A stretch of 45,733 bases of DNA from the IMG/VR virus record IMGVR_UViG_3300012349_000008, positions 1 to 45,733 of that record; one strand, written 5' to 3'. The position numbers and the translations under genes are program-made. The DNA is from a virus (lineage: Duplodnaviria; Caudoviricetes). Below the pieces are notes generated by a model that was given only the letters and a program-made list of their open reading frames with translations, did no database searches and had not been told where the DNA came from. Each line of letters opens with the position of its first letter. The first letter of the stretch is position 1. Shown piece by piece: positions 37,196 to 45,124 of the stretch.

Positions 37196-38776
37196 TTACT
37201 CTCCTTCTATATCTTCTTCTAGACATTGTTGAGAAGCTAGATACTCTAAAGCACCTTTTATAGCTTCTTCTACATCTAGTTTAAATTGATCTTTACTAGA
37301 TCTACTTCTCTTTACCTTTTCCTTTACAGGCTTTACGTATATACCTTCATACACAGCACTACTTACTTGTTGATGACTAGCAATATTAAACTCTACATTA
37401 CCTGCTACTTCCTTACTCGTTTCTACTATATCTTCCATTTCCTTATCTAATAGGTCTGCTATATACTGTACTCTCTCTTTATATACTTCTACTCCTTTCT
37501 TCTGGAATTTATCTATTATATATAAAAGAGGTTGTCTTCTTAACATATACTCTTGCCATGATAACTTATCTCTTGTAAATTCCATAAGTTCATACTTCCA
37601 TACATGATTAAGAGTTGTATCAGCATCTAATCCTGCATAGAAGTACTTCATGTTTAAATCTCTAGTAGTTCTTATGTGTTTATGTCTGTTATATCTCCCT
37701 ACACATGAAGTCATGTAATCTAAATTAGTAGGCTCTCCTGGAAATAGCGTACTCCAGCCTAACATACAGTCTTCTAGTTTTATACTCTCTACGTTAAATA
37801 CTTTTATGAAATGTGGTAAGTCTACCAACCCATTCTGAGTAACTACCGTAGTGTTAGGCTGAATAGGTAGAATATTAAAAGCATGAGTATGGTGAACATC
37901 ACAGACGTAAATATTACCTTCAACATCTGCTAGACTCCACATTTCTAATCTATTATTATCTTCTATGTTATACTCTGTGTCAAATCCTATATACTTAGGA
38001 ATACTTGTAGGTTGCATATTTATATTCATATATGGTGTTTCTACAGGCCATTCACCTCTTACAAATCTACCAAACTTTATAAAATCTAATACAGTAGCTC
38101 TATATAAAGTTGGATTCTTAAATAGAGAAGCTATATGAATTACTGGGTATATATTCTTTAAAACTCCTTCAGGTTCATCTCTTATAGGATGGTAGTAAGA
38201 GTCAAATCCTAATATCTGTGTATTAATATACCCACTATCTACTCCCAATACCCAACCTCTCCAATCTGTTATTCCGTTATTAACTCCTTCTAAATTTGTT
38301 AGAGCATATAGAGAGATCCCACCCATAGAAAGGATGTAGGTGTTACTGTCAGGGATATTAAGATAATTCTCTGTACAATGCTTAATTGCATCTTTAAGCA
38401 TAGTAGGAGTAATTCCATTCACAGTCTTATTACTATTAATATTAGGTAAATCATTCTTTCCATGTGGTCTACACTTTATAATATTAGCTCTTGATACTTG
38501 AGAGTATGGAATTTTAGTATAAGGAAAAAACTCATCCTGTAACCATTTTCCACTAGGACCTATTAGAGGCTGAGGCCTTACACTTTCTGTAACTTCTAAC
38601 TTCTTTCCACCTTTATATAGATATCCTGTTATCTTTCTACCTTCCTCTTCATGTTCTCCTGGAGCTTGAGCTACTATACATACTTGTGAATCTTTAACGT
38701 AATAGTCAGGAGTTATATAAGATGATAAACTATACAGAGGACAAGGCTTACAAGAATCAGGTTTAGGTATAAACAT
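37196..38776 (-). CDS. Uracil-DNA-glycosylase-like domain + 3'-5' exonuclease + N-terminal thumb of family A polymerase
   Basis: Family-4 UDG pattern CxxC, AQAPG, N--KCRP, HIA; ExoI FDTE, ExoII N---D, ExoIII YAGLD; FNIAS-QQ. Confidence 0.88.
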   Translation of the reverse strand: MFIPKPDSCKPCPLYSLSSYITPDYYVKDSQVCIVAQAPGEHEEEGRKITGYLYKGGKKLEVTESVRPQPLIGPSGKWLQDEFFPYTKIPYSQVSRANIIKCRPHGKNDLPNINSNKTVNGITPTMLKDAIKHCTENYLNIPDSNTYILSMGGISLYALTNLEGVNNGITDWRGWVLGVDSGYINTQILGFDSYYHPIRDEPEGVLKNIYPVIHIASLFKNPTLYRATVLDFIKFGRFVRGEWPVETPYMNINMQPTSIPKYIGFDTEYNIEDNNRLEMWSLADVEGNIYVCDVHHTHAFNILPIQPNTTVVTQNGLVDLPHFIKVFNVESIKLEDCMLGWSTLFPGEPTNLDYMTSCVGRYNRHKHIRTTRDLNMKYFYAGLDADTTLNHVWKYELMEFTRDKLSWQEYMLRRQPLLYIIDKFQKKGVEVYKERVQYIADLLDKEMEDIVETSKEVAGNVEFNIASHQQVSSAVYEGIYVKPVKEKVKRSRSSKDQFKLDVEEAIKGALEYLASQQCLEEDIEGE

Positions 38777-38823
38777 ATCTTCCTTAGAGCTAAGTTCACA
38801 TCCTTAGCTCTTTATACAGTTAT

Positions 38824-39057
38824 TTATATGAGTTTATCTATCCTACAGCATTCCTTTGCTATGATCATCTCAATACTCTGTACTAAGACTAACGCTTCTC
38901 CTTTTGTCTTACATGTAGCTTTTATTAAAGCTGTTAGTACGGCTGACACTATTAGATTTACAGGTTCTTTATGTCCAGCTAACAGTACAGCCTTTGTCAA
39001 ATCTAGCATATCTGCAAACATATTATCTATTCTTGATTGAACCTCTTCTTTAGTCAT
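38824..39057 (-). CDS. Hypothetical protein
   Basis: 77 aa ORF in the operon. Confidence 0.6.
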   Translation of the reverse strand: MTKEEVQSRIDNMFADMLDLTKAVLLAGHKEPVNLIVSAVLTALIKATCKTKGEALVLVQSIEMIIAKECCRIDKLI

Positions 39058-39639
39058 CTACATTCCCTTTAAATTACCTAAAAAGTTCCCTCCATTCTTA
39101 CTTAATGAAATATACATATAGTACATCCCTTGTTGTACACATAGTAATACATCTTTAGTTCCTAAAGGAGATCTATCTAACTTACTAAAGTAAAGTTTAC
39201 TAAACTTTGCCCAATTATCATTACTAAAGTCATTACTCCTTGGATGTATTACATTTCCTTCTTGATCTCTTTTGTAACGTATATCAGGAGAGATATCAAA
39301 GGAGAATCTCCCTTTCTTTCCACCATTTACAGGATCTACTACTCCTGATACGTTATATACTAACCTACCACTAGGAGATACATCTCCTTTTTCTGTATCT
39401 CCTTCTACATACCTCTTCCTTAGAGTTAAAGATAACCCACTTTCTGTTTTATCCCACTTATACTGTCCAGCAGGAAGAGAGAGATTCTCTTCTAGAGCTT
39501 TAGTATGTTCAGGAGTTAATGAGAAGTCTTCTGCAAAGATATCTTCATTTCCATTAGATCCTTGAGTGGTAAAGGGATTCTCTGGAGCTTCTAATTCTAC
39601 ACTCTCTTCACTATTGAATAAGTCTTGTACATTAGACAT
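39058..39639 (-). CDS. Putative ssDNA-binding (OB-fold-like) replication protein
   Basis: Acidic N-terminus, LPAGQY motif; lies between the annealing protein and the polymerase. Confidence 0.4.
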   Translation of the reverse strand: MSNVQDLFNSEESVELEAPENPFTTQGSNGNEDIFAEDFSLTPEHTKALEENLSLPAGQYKWDKTESGLSLTLRKRYVEGDTEKGDVSPSGRLVYNVSGVVDPVNGGKKGRFSFDISPDIRYKRDQEGNVIHPRSNDFSNDNWAKFSKLYFSKLDRSPLGTKDVLLCVQQGMYYMYISLSKNGGNFLGNLKGM

Positions 39640-40105
39640 CTTCTATATCCTTTATATTCGTAGGTAGAGTGATGGTAGATTCTAGAGTTCTTAACACAAA
39701 CCTTGGTAAATCTCTATCTGAGAGATTCTTTAAAAACCTTCTAAACTGTGCTCCATCATAGTCTAGAAACATTAAATGGTTAACACACCATTCTAAAGCA
39801 TCCTTATGAGAGAAGTCTATTTTTACTACACTTCTTTCTTTTATTCCATTAAACACCTCCTTTCCTTCTTCTTTATTTCTATTATATATCTCTAAAGCTT
39901 TACTACGTATTGTATCTTCTAACCTTTCTATACTTTCCTCTACATAATTTAACTTATCAGTAAGAACCTTAGTACTTTCTGTAAAAGCCTGTTTTCTTTC
40001 TATATATACATTAGCACATTCATTTCTATATATACGTAATTCATTTAACTGCTTTAAATCTTCTTTTAACTCTTGCTTTTCTAACTCTGTAAGTCTACTT
40101 TCCAC
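39632..40105 (-). CDS. Gam / Gp157-like coiled-coil protein
   Basis: Long heptad helix, then ALEW...; adjacent to the SSAP gene. Confidence 0.45.
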   Translation of the reverse strand: MESRLTELEKQELKEDLKQLNELRIYRNECANVYIERKQAFTESTKVLTDKLNYVEESIERLEDTIRSKALEIYNRNKEEGKEVFNGIKERSVVKIDFSHKDALEWCVNHLMFLDYDGAQFRRFLKNLSDRDLPRFVLRTLESTITLPTNIKDIEDV

Positions 40106-40820
40106 TCCTATTCCTCTCTATATATTCATATAATCTAGAAATAATTACAACACCATTATTCCATGTTATTTTCTCTAAAGAGTCTACTTTCTGTCCTTTT
40201 AAGATATCCTCTAGAGTATACTCTGTTTTTTCTATTAACTCTGAAAGCTTATTAATTTGTTCTTGAGTGATATATTCTGGGTTTCTTTCTATTACCTCTT
40301 CCTCAGAGTCTATATCTCCTGTAGTGATCCCAAATGCATTTCTAAAAGCATATCTAGCACAATACATTAACCTTCCTGTTATATACTTCTCCTTTGTCAT
40401 TGCTGCAGTCATTTCATTCATATCTATAGGAACTCTAAAAGGAGTACTTCTACTATGCCCACGTATATGATATATAACACATGCAGCCTCTACATATTTC
40501 TCCTCTGTAATAGATTGGATACTATAAGAAAGGTTATATTTCGTTAGAATAGGTCTTACTTGATTTACTATAGATTCTATAGGTGCATAGGAGTATAAAT
40601 AACCTGACTTTCCATATACCTTCTTTGTCTTTTTAATAATAGGACACTCACTCTGAAATCCTGTCATAGCTATATTAAATTCTTCCTCTGCTACTTCTAA
40701 TCTCCACTCCCTTCTCATTGCTAGTAGCTTCTCTAAAGCTTCTACTGGTACATTCTTATCTATAGCTTGTGAGATTAAAAGGTCTACCTGGTTATCTTTA
40801 AGAGCTGGTAGATTCTCCAT
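40095..40820 (-). CDS. ERF-family single-strand annealing protein
   Basis: Y-YA-IE-I---V-P-L, H--GH, Y--RY------GI---D-D. Confidence 0.85.
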   Translation of the reverse strand: MENLPALKDNQVDLLISQAIDKNVPVEALEKLLAMRREWRLEVAEEEFNIAMTGFQSECPIIKKTKKVYGKSGYLYSYAPIESIVNQVRPILTKYNLSYSIQSITEEKYVEAACVIYHIRGHSRSTPFRVPIDMNEMTAAMTKEKYITGRLMYCARYAFRNAFGITTGDIDSEEEVIERNPEYITQEQINKLSELIEKTEYTLEDILKGQKVDSLEKITWNNGVVIISRLYEYIERNRSGK

Positions 40821-40972
40821 TACGCATACCATTTATGATAAGAATCATATGCTATAGATATCTCTGGGTCGTTTATATAAGCTAAAAGTAAATCATCTAA
40901 CGCTACATGTCTATTTTCTGTATCTAAGTCTTTAACTTCTTCAAAAGCTTCTAGTAACTCTTTCTTAGTCAT
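40820..40972 (-). CDS. Small hypothetical protein ending KWYA (50 aa, not in ORF track)
   Basis: MTKKELLEAF...DTENRHVALDDLLL...KWYA; TAATG-coupled to ERF. Confidence 0.7.
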   Translation of the reverse strand: MTKKELLEAFEEVKDLDTENRHVALDDLLLAYINDPEISIAYDSYHKWYA

Positions 40973-40973
40973 C

Positions 40974-41261
40974 CTATTTCTTCCTCTCTACTACTACACC
41001 TCTTATATACTCTTTCTTAAGAGGTAACTTGTTAAATGTATAGAAATACTTTATACGTGTTTGTAAAATAGACTTCTTTCTCTTTACTACTCCTTTAAAC
41101 ATCAACCACTTAATATAAGAACTCACATCTCCGTTATGTACATTACACATCCTTTCTATTGATCTTGGACTAATATAACTCCCTTCTCTACTGTATAAAT
41201 AAACTATTATCCTATCCATATTACTTAAAGTCCAGAACTTCTGTATTTTAATATCTCTCAT
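40974..41261 (-). CDS. Winged-helix DNA-binding protein
   Basis: I--YL...ISPRSIERMC-V----VSSYIKWL--KGVV. Confidence 0.65.
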   Translation of the reverse strand: MRDIKIQKFWTLSNMDRIIVYLYSREGSYISPRSIERMCNVHNGDVSSYIKWLMFKGVVKRKKSILQTRIKYFYTFNKLPLKKEYIRGVVVERKK

Positions 41262-41302
41262 ATATACATACTTCTAAAGTAGACTTGAAAGTAAATAAAA
41301 TA

Positions 41303-41408
41303 AAAGGTAGACATTCCAGAGGACTCTCATATTCCATACCCCCTGTATAGAATACAAGCAAGAATGTCTACCTTTCTAATACTCTAGGGGCTGGAATCTA
41401 GAGTATTA
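41303..41408 (-). terminator. Two intergenic hairpins; the larger is followed by a U-rich tract on the minus strand
   Basis: 14-bp stem aaaggtagacattc/gaatgtctaccttt with an inner hairpin; 11-bp stem taatactctag/ctagagtatta. Confidence 0.6.
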
Positions 41409-41837
41409 TACTTCTACTAACATCTCATCAATAAGAGCTTCTACTAGTCCTACTTTATCATTACTTCCCATAAAGCTATGATAAGATACAGAATGCTTCA
41501 CACATAACCTTTCAAGCTTATCTGCATCCATAGAAGTAAGAAATTCCCTAATCTTAGTCCTTGCAACTTCTTCTTTACTCCTTGGTGTCCTATCAGCTCT
41601 CTTACCTTCACAAGCTTCTAGTAATTCTTGTTCAATATCCTGTACATGAGTATGAGCATTACAAAGCCTGATAAGGATCTTAGCCTTACGTTTCCATCCA
41701 TATACTTGCTTACTAAAGGTATCAACAAGACTTTCCCGTACCTCTACAGGAGTGATATCCATATAATCTGTATAATCAAAGCCTGTAAGTTCACTTACTT
41801 TCTCCTCAACTCCATTTACAACAACACTCTCGTTCAT
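41406..41837 (-). CDS. Hypothetical protein
   Basis: First gene behind the 41921 promoter; AAAGGGA RBS. Confidence 0.7.
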   Translation of the reverse strand: MNESVVVNGVEEKVSELTGFDYTDYMDITPVEVRESLVDTFSKQVYGWKRKAKILIRLCNAHTHVQDIEQELLEACEGKRADRTPRSKEEVARTKIREFLTSMDADKLERLCVKHSVSYHSFMGSNDKVGLVEALIDEMLVEV

Positions 41838-41892
41838 AATTTCCCTTTATATTTCTGTATTTTTATGCTACACTCTGTACTGATTATTTGTA

Positions 41893-41921
41893 ATTCTACC
41901 AGTGATAAAAAAGAATGTCAA
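41893..41921 (-). promoter_or_regulatory. Sigma70 promoter of the replication operon
   Basis: TTGACA-17 bp-TAGAAT. Confidence 0.8.
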
Positions 41922-41946
41922 CCATTTTTCACACAAAGGAGAAAAA

Positions 41947-42261
41947 ATGTTCCAGGAGGAGAAACATAAGACTTTCTACAAATTTATAAAGTTTCCAAGT
42001 TTTAAACCCAGTGACTACTTTTTATTTAAATCTATAAGAGACTACTTCTTTCCATACCATAAAGACTTATCAAATACAAGACAGGTATTTGTATTAAGTA
42101 TGAGATTTTTATATTCTAAATGGAATGATCCTTCTTGTAGAGAGAGTATATTAAATTTAGCTGAGATTATAAATCATGAAGATCTTGATAGACAACTAGA
42201 AAGGGTAGAGTATAGAACTCTACAAGATATAATTAAAGATACAGAAATACAAAGACCTTAA
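41947..42261 (+). CDS. Hypothetical protein
   Basis: AAGGAG RBS before MFQEEK; in frame with track ORF 41902..42261. Confidence 0.6.
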   Translation: MFQEEKHKTFYKFIKFPSFKPSDYFLFKSIRDYFFPYHKDLSNTRQVFVLSMRFLYSKWNDPSCRESILNLAEIINHEDLDRQLERVEYRTLQDIIKDTEIQRP

Positions 42262-42577
42262 GTAGAAATAAAATAGATGTTTTCTAAAATGAAATTCATA
42301 AAATTTCAGGACCTCAATCTCTACGTATACATAAGAGATCTTTGTAAATATACTTATAAATAAAATATAACTTAATATAAAAGTAAATATATTCTTTCAT
42401 AATATTAATAAAATATCTATTTATTTATAAAGTAATAAAATCTAAACTAATAACTATAATCTTATCTTACTCTTTCTTATCTTAAGAGTGAAGTATCTTT
42501 AATCTTAAATTGCAATAACTATGCCAGACTTTATAACTAAATTAAAAATAAATATATAAAATTCTTCTCTATATTTA
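42262..42577. other. Extremely AT-rich non-coding region; candidate origin or control region
   Basis: No ORF; lies near the switch between leftward and rightward transcription. Confidence 0.4.
42511..42526 (-). promoter_or_regulatory. Sigma54 (-24/-12) type element
   Basis: TGGCATAGTTATTGCA matches TGGCAC-N5-TTGCW with exact spacing. Confidence 0.6.
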
Positions 42578-42606
42578 TTGACATATCTCCTCAGAGACGT
42601 TATATT
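42578..42606 (+). promoter_or_regulatory. Strong sigma70 early promoter
   Basis: TTGACA-17 bp-TATATT preceded by AT-rich UP-like DNA. Confidence 0.85.
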
Positions 42607-42612
42607 CTCACT

Positions 42613-42843
42613 ATCCACTCACTATGTACTGTGAGCTGTCGGTTGGAGTCGAACATATCCCCTAGTTACTGTTTCTTTAGTAGAAGTTATTCTTTCTAGT
42701 CGATATGAAACTATACCTAGACTGTGTTATAGGATAGAATTTCATACCTAGATATAAGAAGTAAAAGCTACTAAAGCGACTGGTATATACAGTTTCTAGG
42801 CGATATCTCTTTTCATGTATGCGTATATGAGAAGAGTCCTGTT
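42613..42843 (+). ncRNA. Structured non-coding leader RNA (long bulged rod plus hairpins)
   Basis: Nested pairings across 42655-42806; hairpin 42807-42836 has G-U pairs only on the + strand; no credible ORF. Confidence 0.65.
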
Positions 42844-42888
42844 TATAGGCATTGGTAGCCTATACTGAAGAGTTACCTCGAAACAGGA
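42837..42888 (+). ncRNA. Type III hammerhead ribozyme
   Basis: Stem III UCCUGU/ACAGGA, GUU cleavage triplet, 7-bp stem I UAUAGGC/GCCUAUA, core CUGAAGA, minimal stem II G(UUACCU)C, GAAA; loops I and II complementary (GGUA/UACC). Confidence 0.88.
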
Positions 42889-42895
42889 GAAGTAT

Positions 42896-43141
42896 ATGTA
42901 CGACTGTGAAGGAATAAAAATTGATATATCTCTTAGATTAGGTATACCTTTTAATATGATAGAAGAGCTTTGGAATGTAGTATTAGACTCTAGAAAGGAA
43001 GAACTCTCACATAACTCTCTAAACTATGAAGAGTTGGAGACTCTATTTAGGTTAAATATGTGGATGCCACAGGATGCTTGGATAGACCCTAATGATCAAT
43101 TATGGCATGAATGCATGCTTAACGATAGTTTATTTGAGTAA
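42896..43141 (+). CDS. Early hypothetical protein
   Basis: AGGAG RBS overlapping hammerhead stem III. Confidence 0.7.
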   Translation: MYDCEGIKIDISLRLGIPFNMIEELWNVVLDSRKEELSHNSLNYEELETLFRLNMWMPQDAWIDPNDQLWHECMLNDSLFE

Positions 43142-43159
43142 TACATAAAGGAGAAGTAA

Positions 43160-43324
43160 ATGCTGAGAGGAGATATGGTTTATAATGCAATGTTATTGCT
43201 TCTTAAAATTCCACATAAGGAGAGAGTAGAGATATTAAAAAAGTTCTGTCTAGTTTGTGGGCATTTATATATCAACTGCGACTGTTCTTCTACTACTGTG
43301 AAGGAAGAAAAAAATGTTAAATAG
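43160..43324 (+). CDS. Small Cys-rich protein (54 aa, not in ORF track)
   Basis: AAGGAG RBS; FCLVCG...NCDC. Confidence 0.55.
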   Translation: MLRGDMVYNAMLLLLKIPHKERVEILKKFCLVCGHLYINCDCSSTTVKEEKNVK

Positions 43325-43811
43325 TCAAGAAGGTTTTGACTCTACTTTGTCTATGCCCGTGGATATCTTCCCTGTTGCAGAAATAGATTATAGAGAAATC
43401 TTCACAGAACTATCCTTCTTCACTGATCCACAGAAAGCAGAGATACGTACTAGAATTCATGATTATGAGTTAAATCCTAAATCTCGTACAGGAGGTTCAG
43501 CACTTAAAAAGGAAGTAGAGAAAGTAGCGTACTTTAAATTTGGCTTGTTAGAGCATCTACAGTCTATAAAAGATATACTTCATCCAAAGGAGAGAAGTAG
43601 AACTTCTGTAAAGGAGGCAGAAGCTTTATCGGAACAAAGAAGTATTAATAACACTGCACAGACTTATAGAAAGGCATTTACAGACGAGAAGTTATTACGT
43701 GCATTCGCTACTACTATGTTAGGAGATGTCCAGGGGGATTATACCTTCGAAGAGTTACCTGTTGTACTAGCTACTAAACAGATTACAGGGATACTTCAGT
43801 CTATCAGTTAA
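43314..43811 (+). CDS. Early hypothetical protein
   Basis: 165 aa; AAGGA RBS. Confidence 0.7.
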   Translation: MLNSQEGFDSTLSMPVDIFPVAEIDYREIFTELSFFTDPQKAEIRTRIHDYELNPKSRTGGSALKKEVEKVAYFKFGLLEHLQSIKDILHPKERSRTSVKEAEALSEQRSINNTAQTYRKAFTDEKLLRAFATTMLGDVQGDYTFEELPVVLATKQITGILQSIS

Positions 43812-43837
43812 CGTAAGTACATATAAAGGGGACATAT

Positions 43838-44164
43838 ATGTATAGCTATGATGATCTATTCACCTCTGTTCACGAAGTACACTCCGAACATATCCTGAAT
43901 GAGGTAGTTATGTCACTCTATGAAGCTTCTAAAGTATGTCCTAAAGGTATGCTCGTAGTCGGATATAACCCTCATGAAGTATGTGAAAGATGTGAAGTAG
44001 TGGAAGATTCTTTTATAGTTTACTTCAAATTACAACTTCTATTCAATGGAAAGTATACAAATTATATAAACCTGTGTGATTGTTGTTTAAATATAGTAGT
44101 CGAGTGTGAGAGAGAGTTCCAAGAGAAGAATGAAGTAGGATTCTCTACACATTCTATTGAGTAA
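43838..44164 (+). CDS. Zinc-binding hypothetical protein
   Basis: CERC...LCDCC. Confidence 0.65.
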   Translation: MYSYDDLFTSVHEVHSEHILNEVVMSLYEASKVCPKGMLVVGYNPHEVCERCEVVEDSFIVYFKLQLLFNGKYTNYINLCDCCLNIVVECEREFQEKNEVGFSTHSIE

Positions 44165-44173
44165 CTTAAAGAT

Positions 44174-44209
44174 ACACCTCTCATGTATAGAAATATATGT
44201 GAGAGGTGT
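44174..44209 (+). terminator. 16-bp RNA hairpin with GAAA tetraloop (processing or pausing site)
   Basis: acacctctcatgtata-gaaa-tatatgtgagaggtgt with G-U pairs; no strong U tract. Confidence 0.55.
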
Positions 44210-44241
44210 GTAATACTGTAATGCATATAAAGGGGACATAT

Positions 44242-44592
44242 ATGCAGGATATATTAACAAGGTTAACAGTTAAACATATCCAAGAAGCTTATTATATACT
44301 ATTAAATTCTCTTCTATCTAACCTAGAGTCTGTTAAAAGGTTAGATAGAGCATTTGATTTAGTGGTAAAGGATAGTAAATATAAAATAGAATATGTATCA
44401 GGGAGTCCTGTTACCTTTAAAGTTGTAAGCCCTAATGGAGAATATACAGTTATAAATAGCCAAAGACTATGTACTTGTCCTGATAATCAAATACTCTGTA
44501 AGCATAGATTAGCAGTATCTCTAATACTAAACGCTATTAACCTACAGAAGAGAGATGGTATATCTATAGATGTGAAGGAGGTATTGAAATGA
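44242..44592 (+). CDS. SWIM zinc-finger protein
   Basis: F-V-S-G-YTV...CTCPD---CKH--AV. Confidence 0.82.
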   Translation: MQDILTRLTVKHIQEAYYILLNSLLSNLESVKRLDRAFDLVVKDSKYKIEYVSGSPVTFKVVSPNGEYTVINSQRLCTCPDNQILCKHRLAVSLILNAINLQKRDGISIDVKEVLK

Positions 44593-44768
44593 AAAATAGT
44601 GTGTCAATATCCTTTGTATGCCCTGAATGTGGGGAGCTGGTGAATAATATGTATACTATACCAACTAAGCACAAGTCGATATACAGGTGTATATGTACTA
44701 ATTGTTATGCAGAGTTTTTAGTAACTTTTAGTATATCTATAGGTATAAAAGAAGAAGTAAGTACATGA
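44589..44768 (+). CDS. Zinc-ribbon mini-protein (59 aa, not in ORF track)
   Basis: AAGGAGG RBS; CPEC...CTNC; ATGA overlaps at both ends. Confidence 0.7.
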   Translation: MKNSVSISFVCPECGELVNNMYTIPTKHKSIYRCICTNCYAEFLVTFSISIGIKEEVST

Positions 44769-45124
44769 AATATACCTACAGATACTCTAGAGAACCTACT
44801 ATTACTATATCATGGGTATGTCCTATATGTAGAGTTAAAACTACGATCACTCATGAAGGAGAGATATATCCTGAGAAATATATAACTACTTCTCAATTAT
44901 GCTGTTGTGAAGCTCATACAAAGATATATGAAAGGAGAATTAAACAAGCTATAGCGTGGGCTAGAAACCAGAAGTTTAGTAGAGAGTATGTATCAAGAAG
45001 CCATTATAATAATTTCCATACTGAAGGAGGGAGTAAATATAAAATGGTAGCTTCTGTACTAGCTAATCTGGGTGAATACTTCCCTTTTACTTCTGAAAGG
45101 AATAGTAAAAAGTCTACAAGCTAG
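44765..45124 (+). CDS. Cys-rich hypothetical protein
   Basis: CPIC...LCCCEAH. Confidence 0.6.
   Translation: MKYTYRYSREPTITISWVCPICRVKTTITHEGEIYPEKYITTSQLCCCEAHTKIYERRIKQAIAWARNQKFSREYVSRSHYNNFHTEGGSKYKMVASVLANLGEYFPFTSERNSKKSTS

Larger units (their letters stand above)
43820..44244 (+). repeat. 21-bp identical translation-initiation block at 43820-43840 and 44224-44244
   Basis: catataaaggggacatatatg precedes two unrelated genes. Confidence 0.9.

Noticed and set aside
37196-37226. Track start MSRRRYRRR for the polymerase, or a programmed frameshift joining the two halves
   Set aside because: A GTG at 37193 with AAGGAG at good spacing explains it better; no slippery heptamer was seen at the junction.
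38786-38811. Hairpin agagctaag/cttagctct upstream of the UDG-exonuclease gene as a terminator
   Set aside because: No U tract on the coding (minus) strand; at most a minor stabiliser.
9766-39060. TAG stop-codon reassignment, since several TAG stops are followed in frame by the next gene (9768, 14579, 26927, 29603, 39058)
   Set aside because: About as many TAG stops are out of frame or overlapping, downstream genes have their own RBS or signal peptides, and long genes are intact under the standard code.
42613-42806. tRNA, 6S RNA, SRP RNA or retron msr-msd identity for the leader RNA
   Set aside because: No cloverleaf or T-loop, no large central bubble, no SRP helix-8 motif, and no reverse transcriptase in the window.
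41406-43811. Possible paralogy between ORFs 41406..41837 and 43314..43811
   Set aside because: Only scattered matches (DY, H-Q-I, R-RT); not supportable without a profile alignment.
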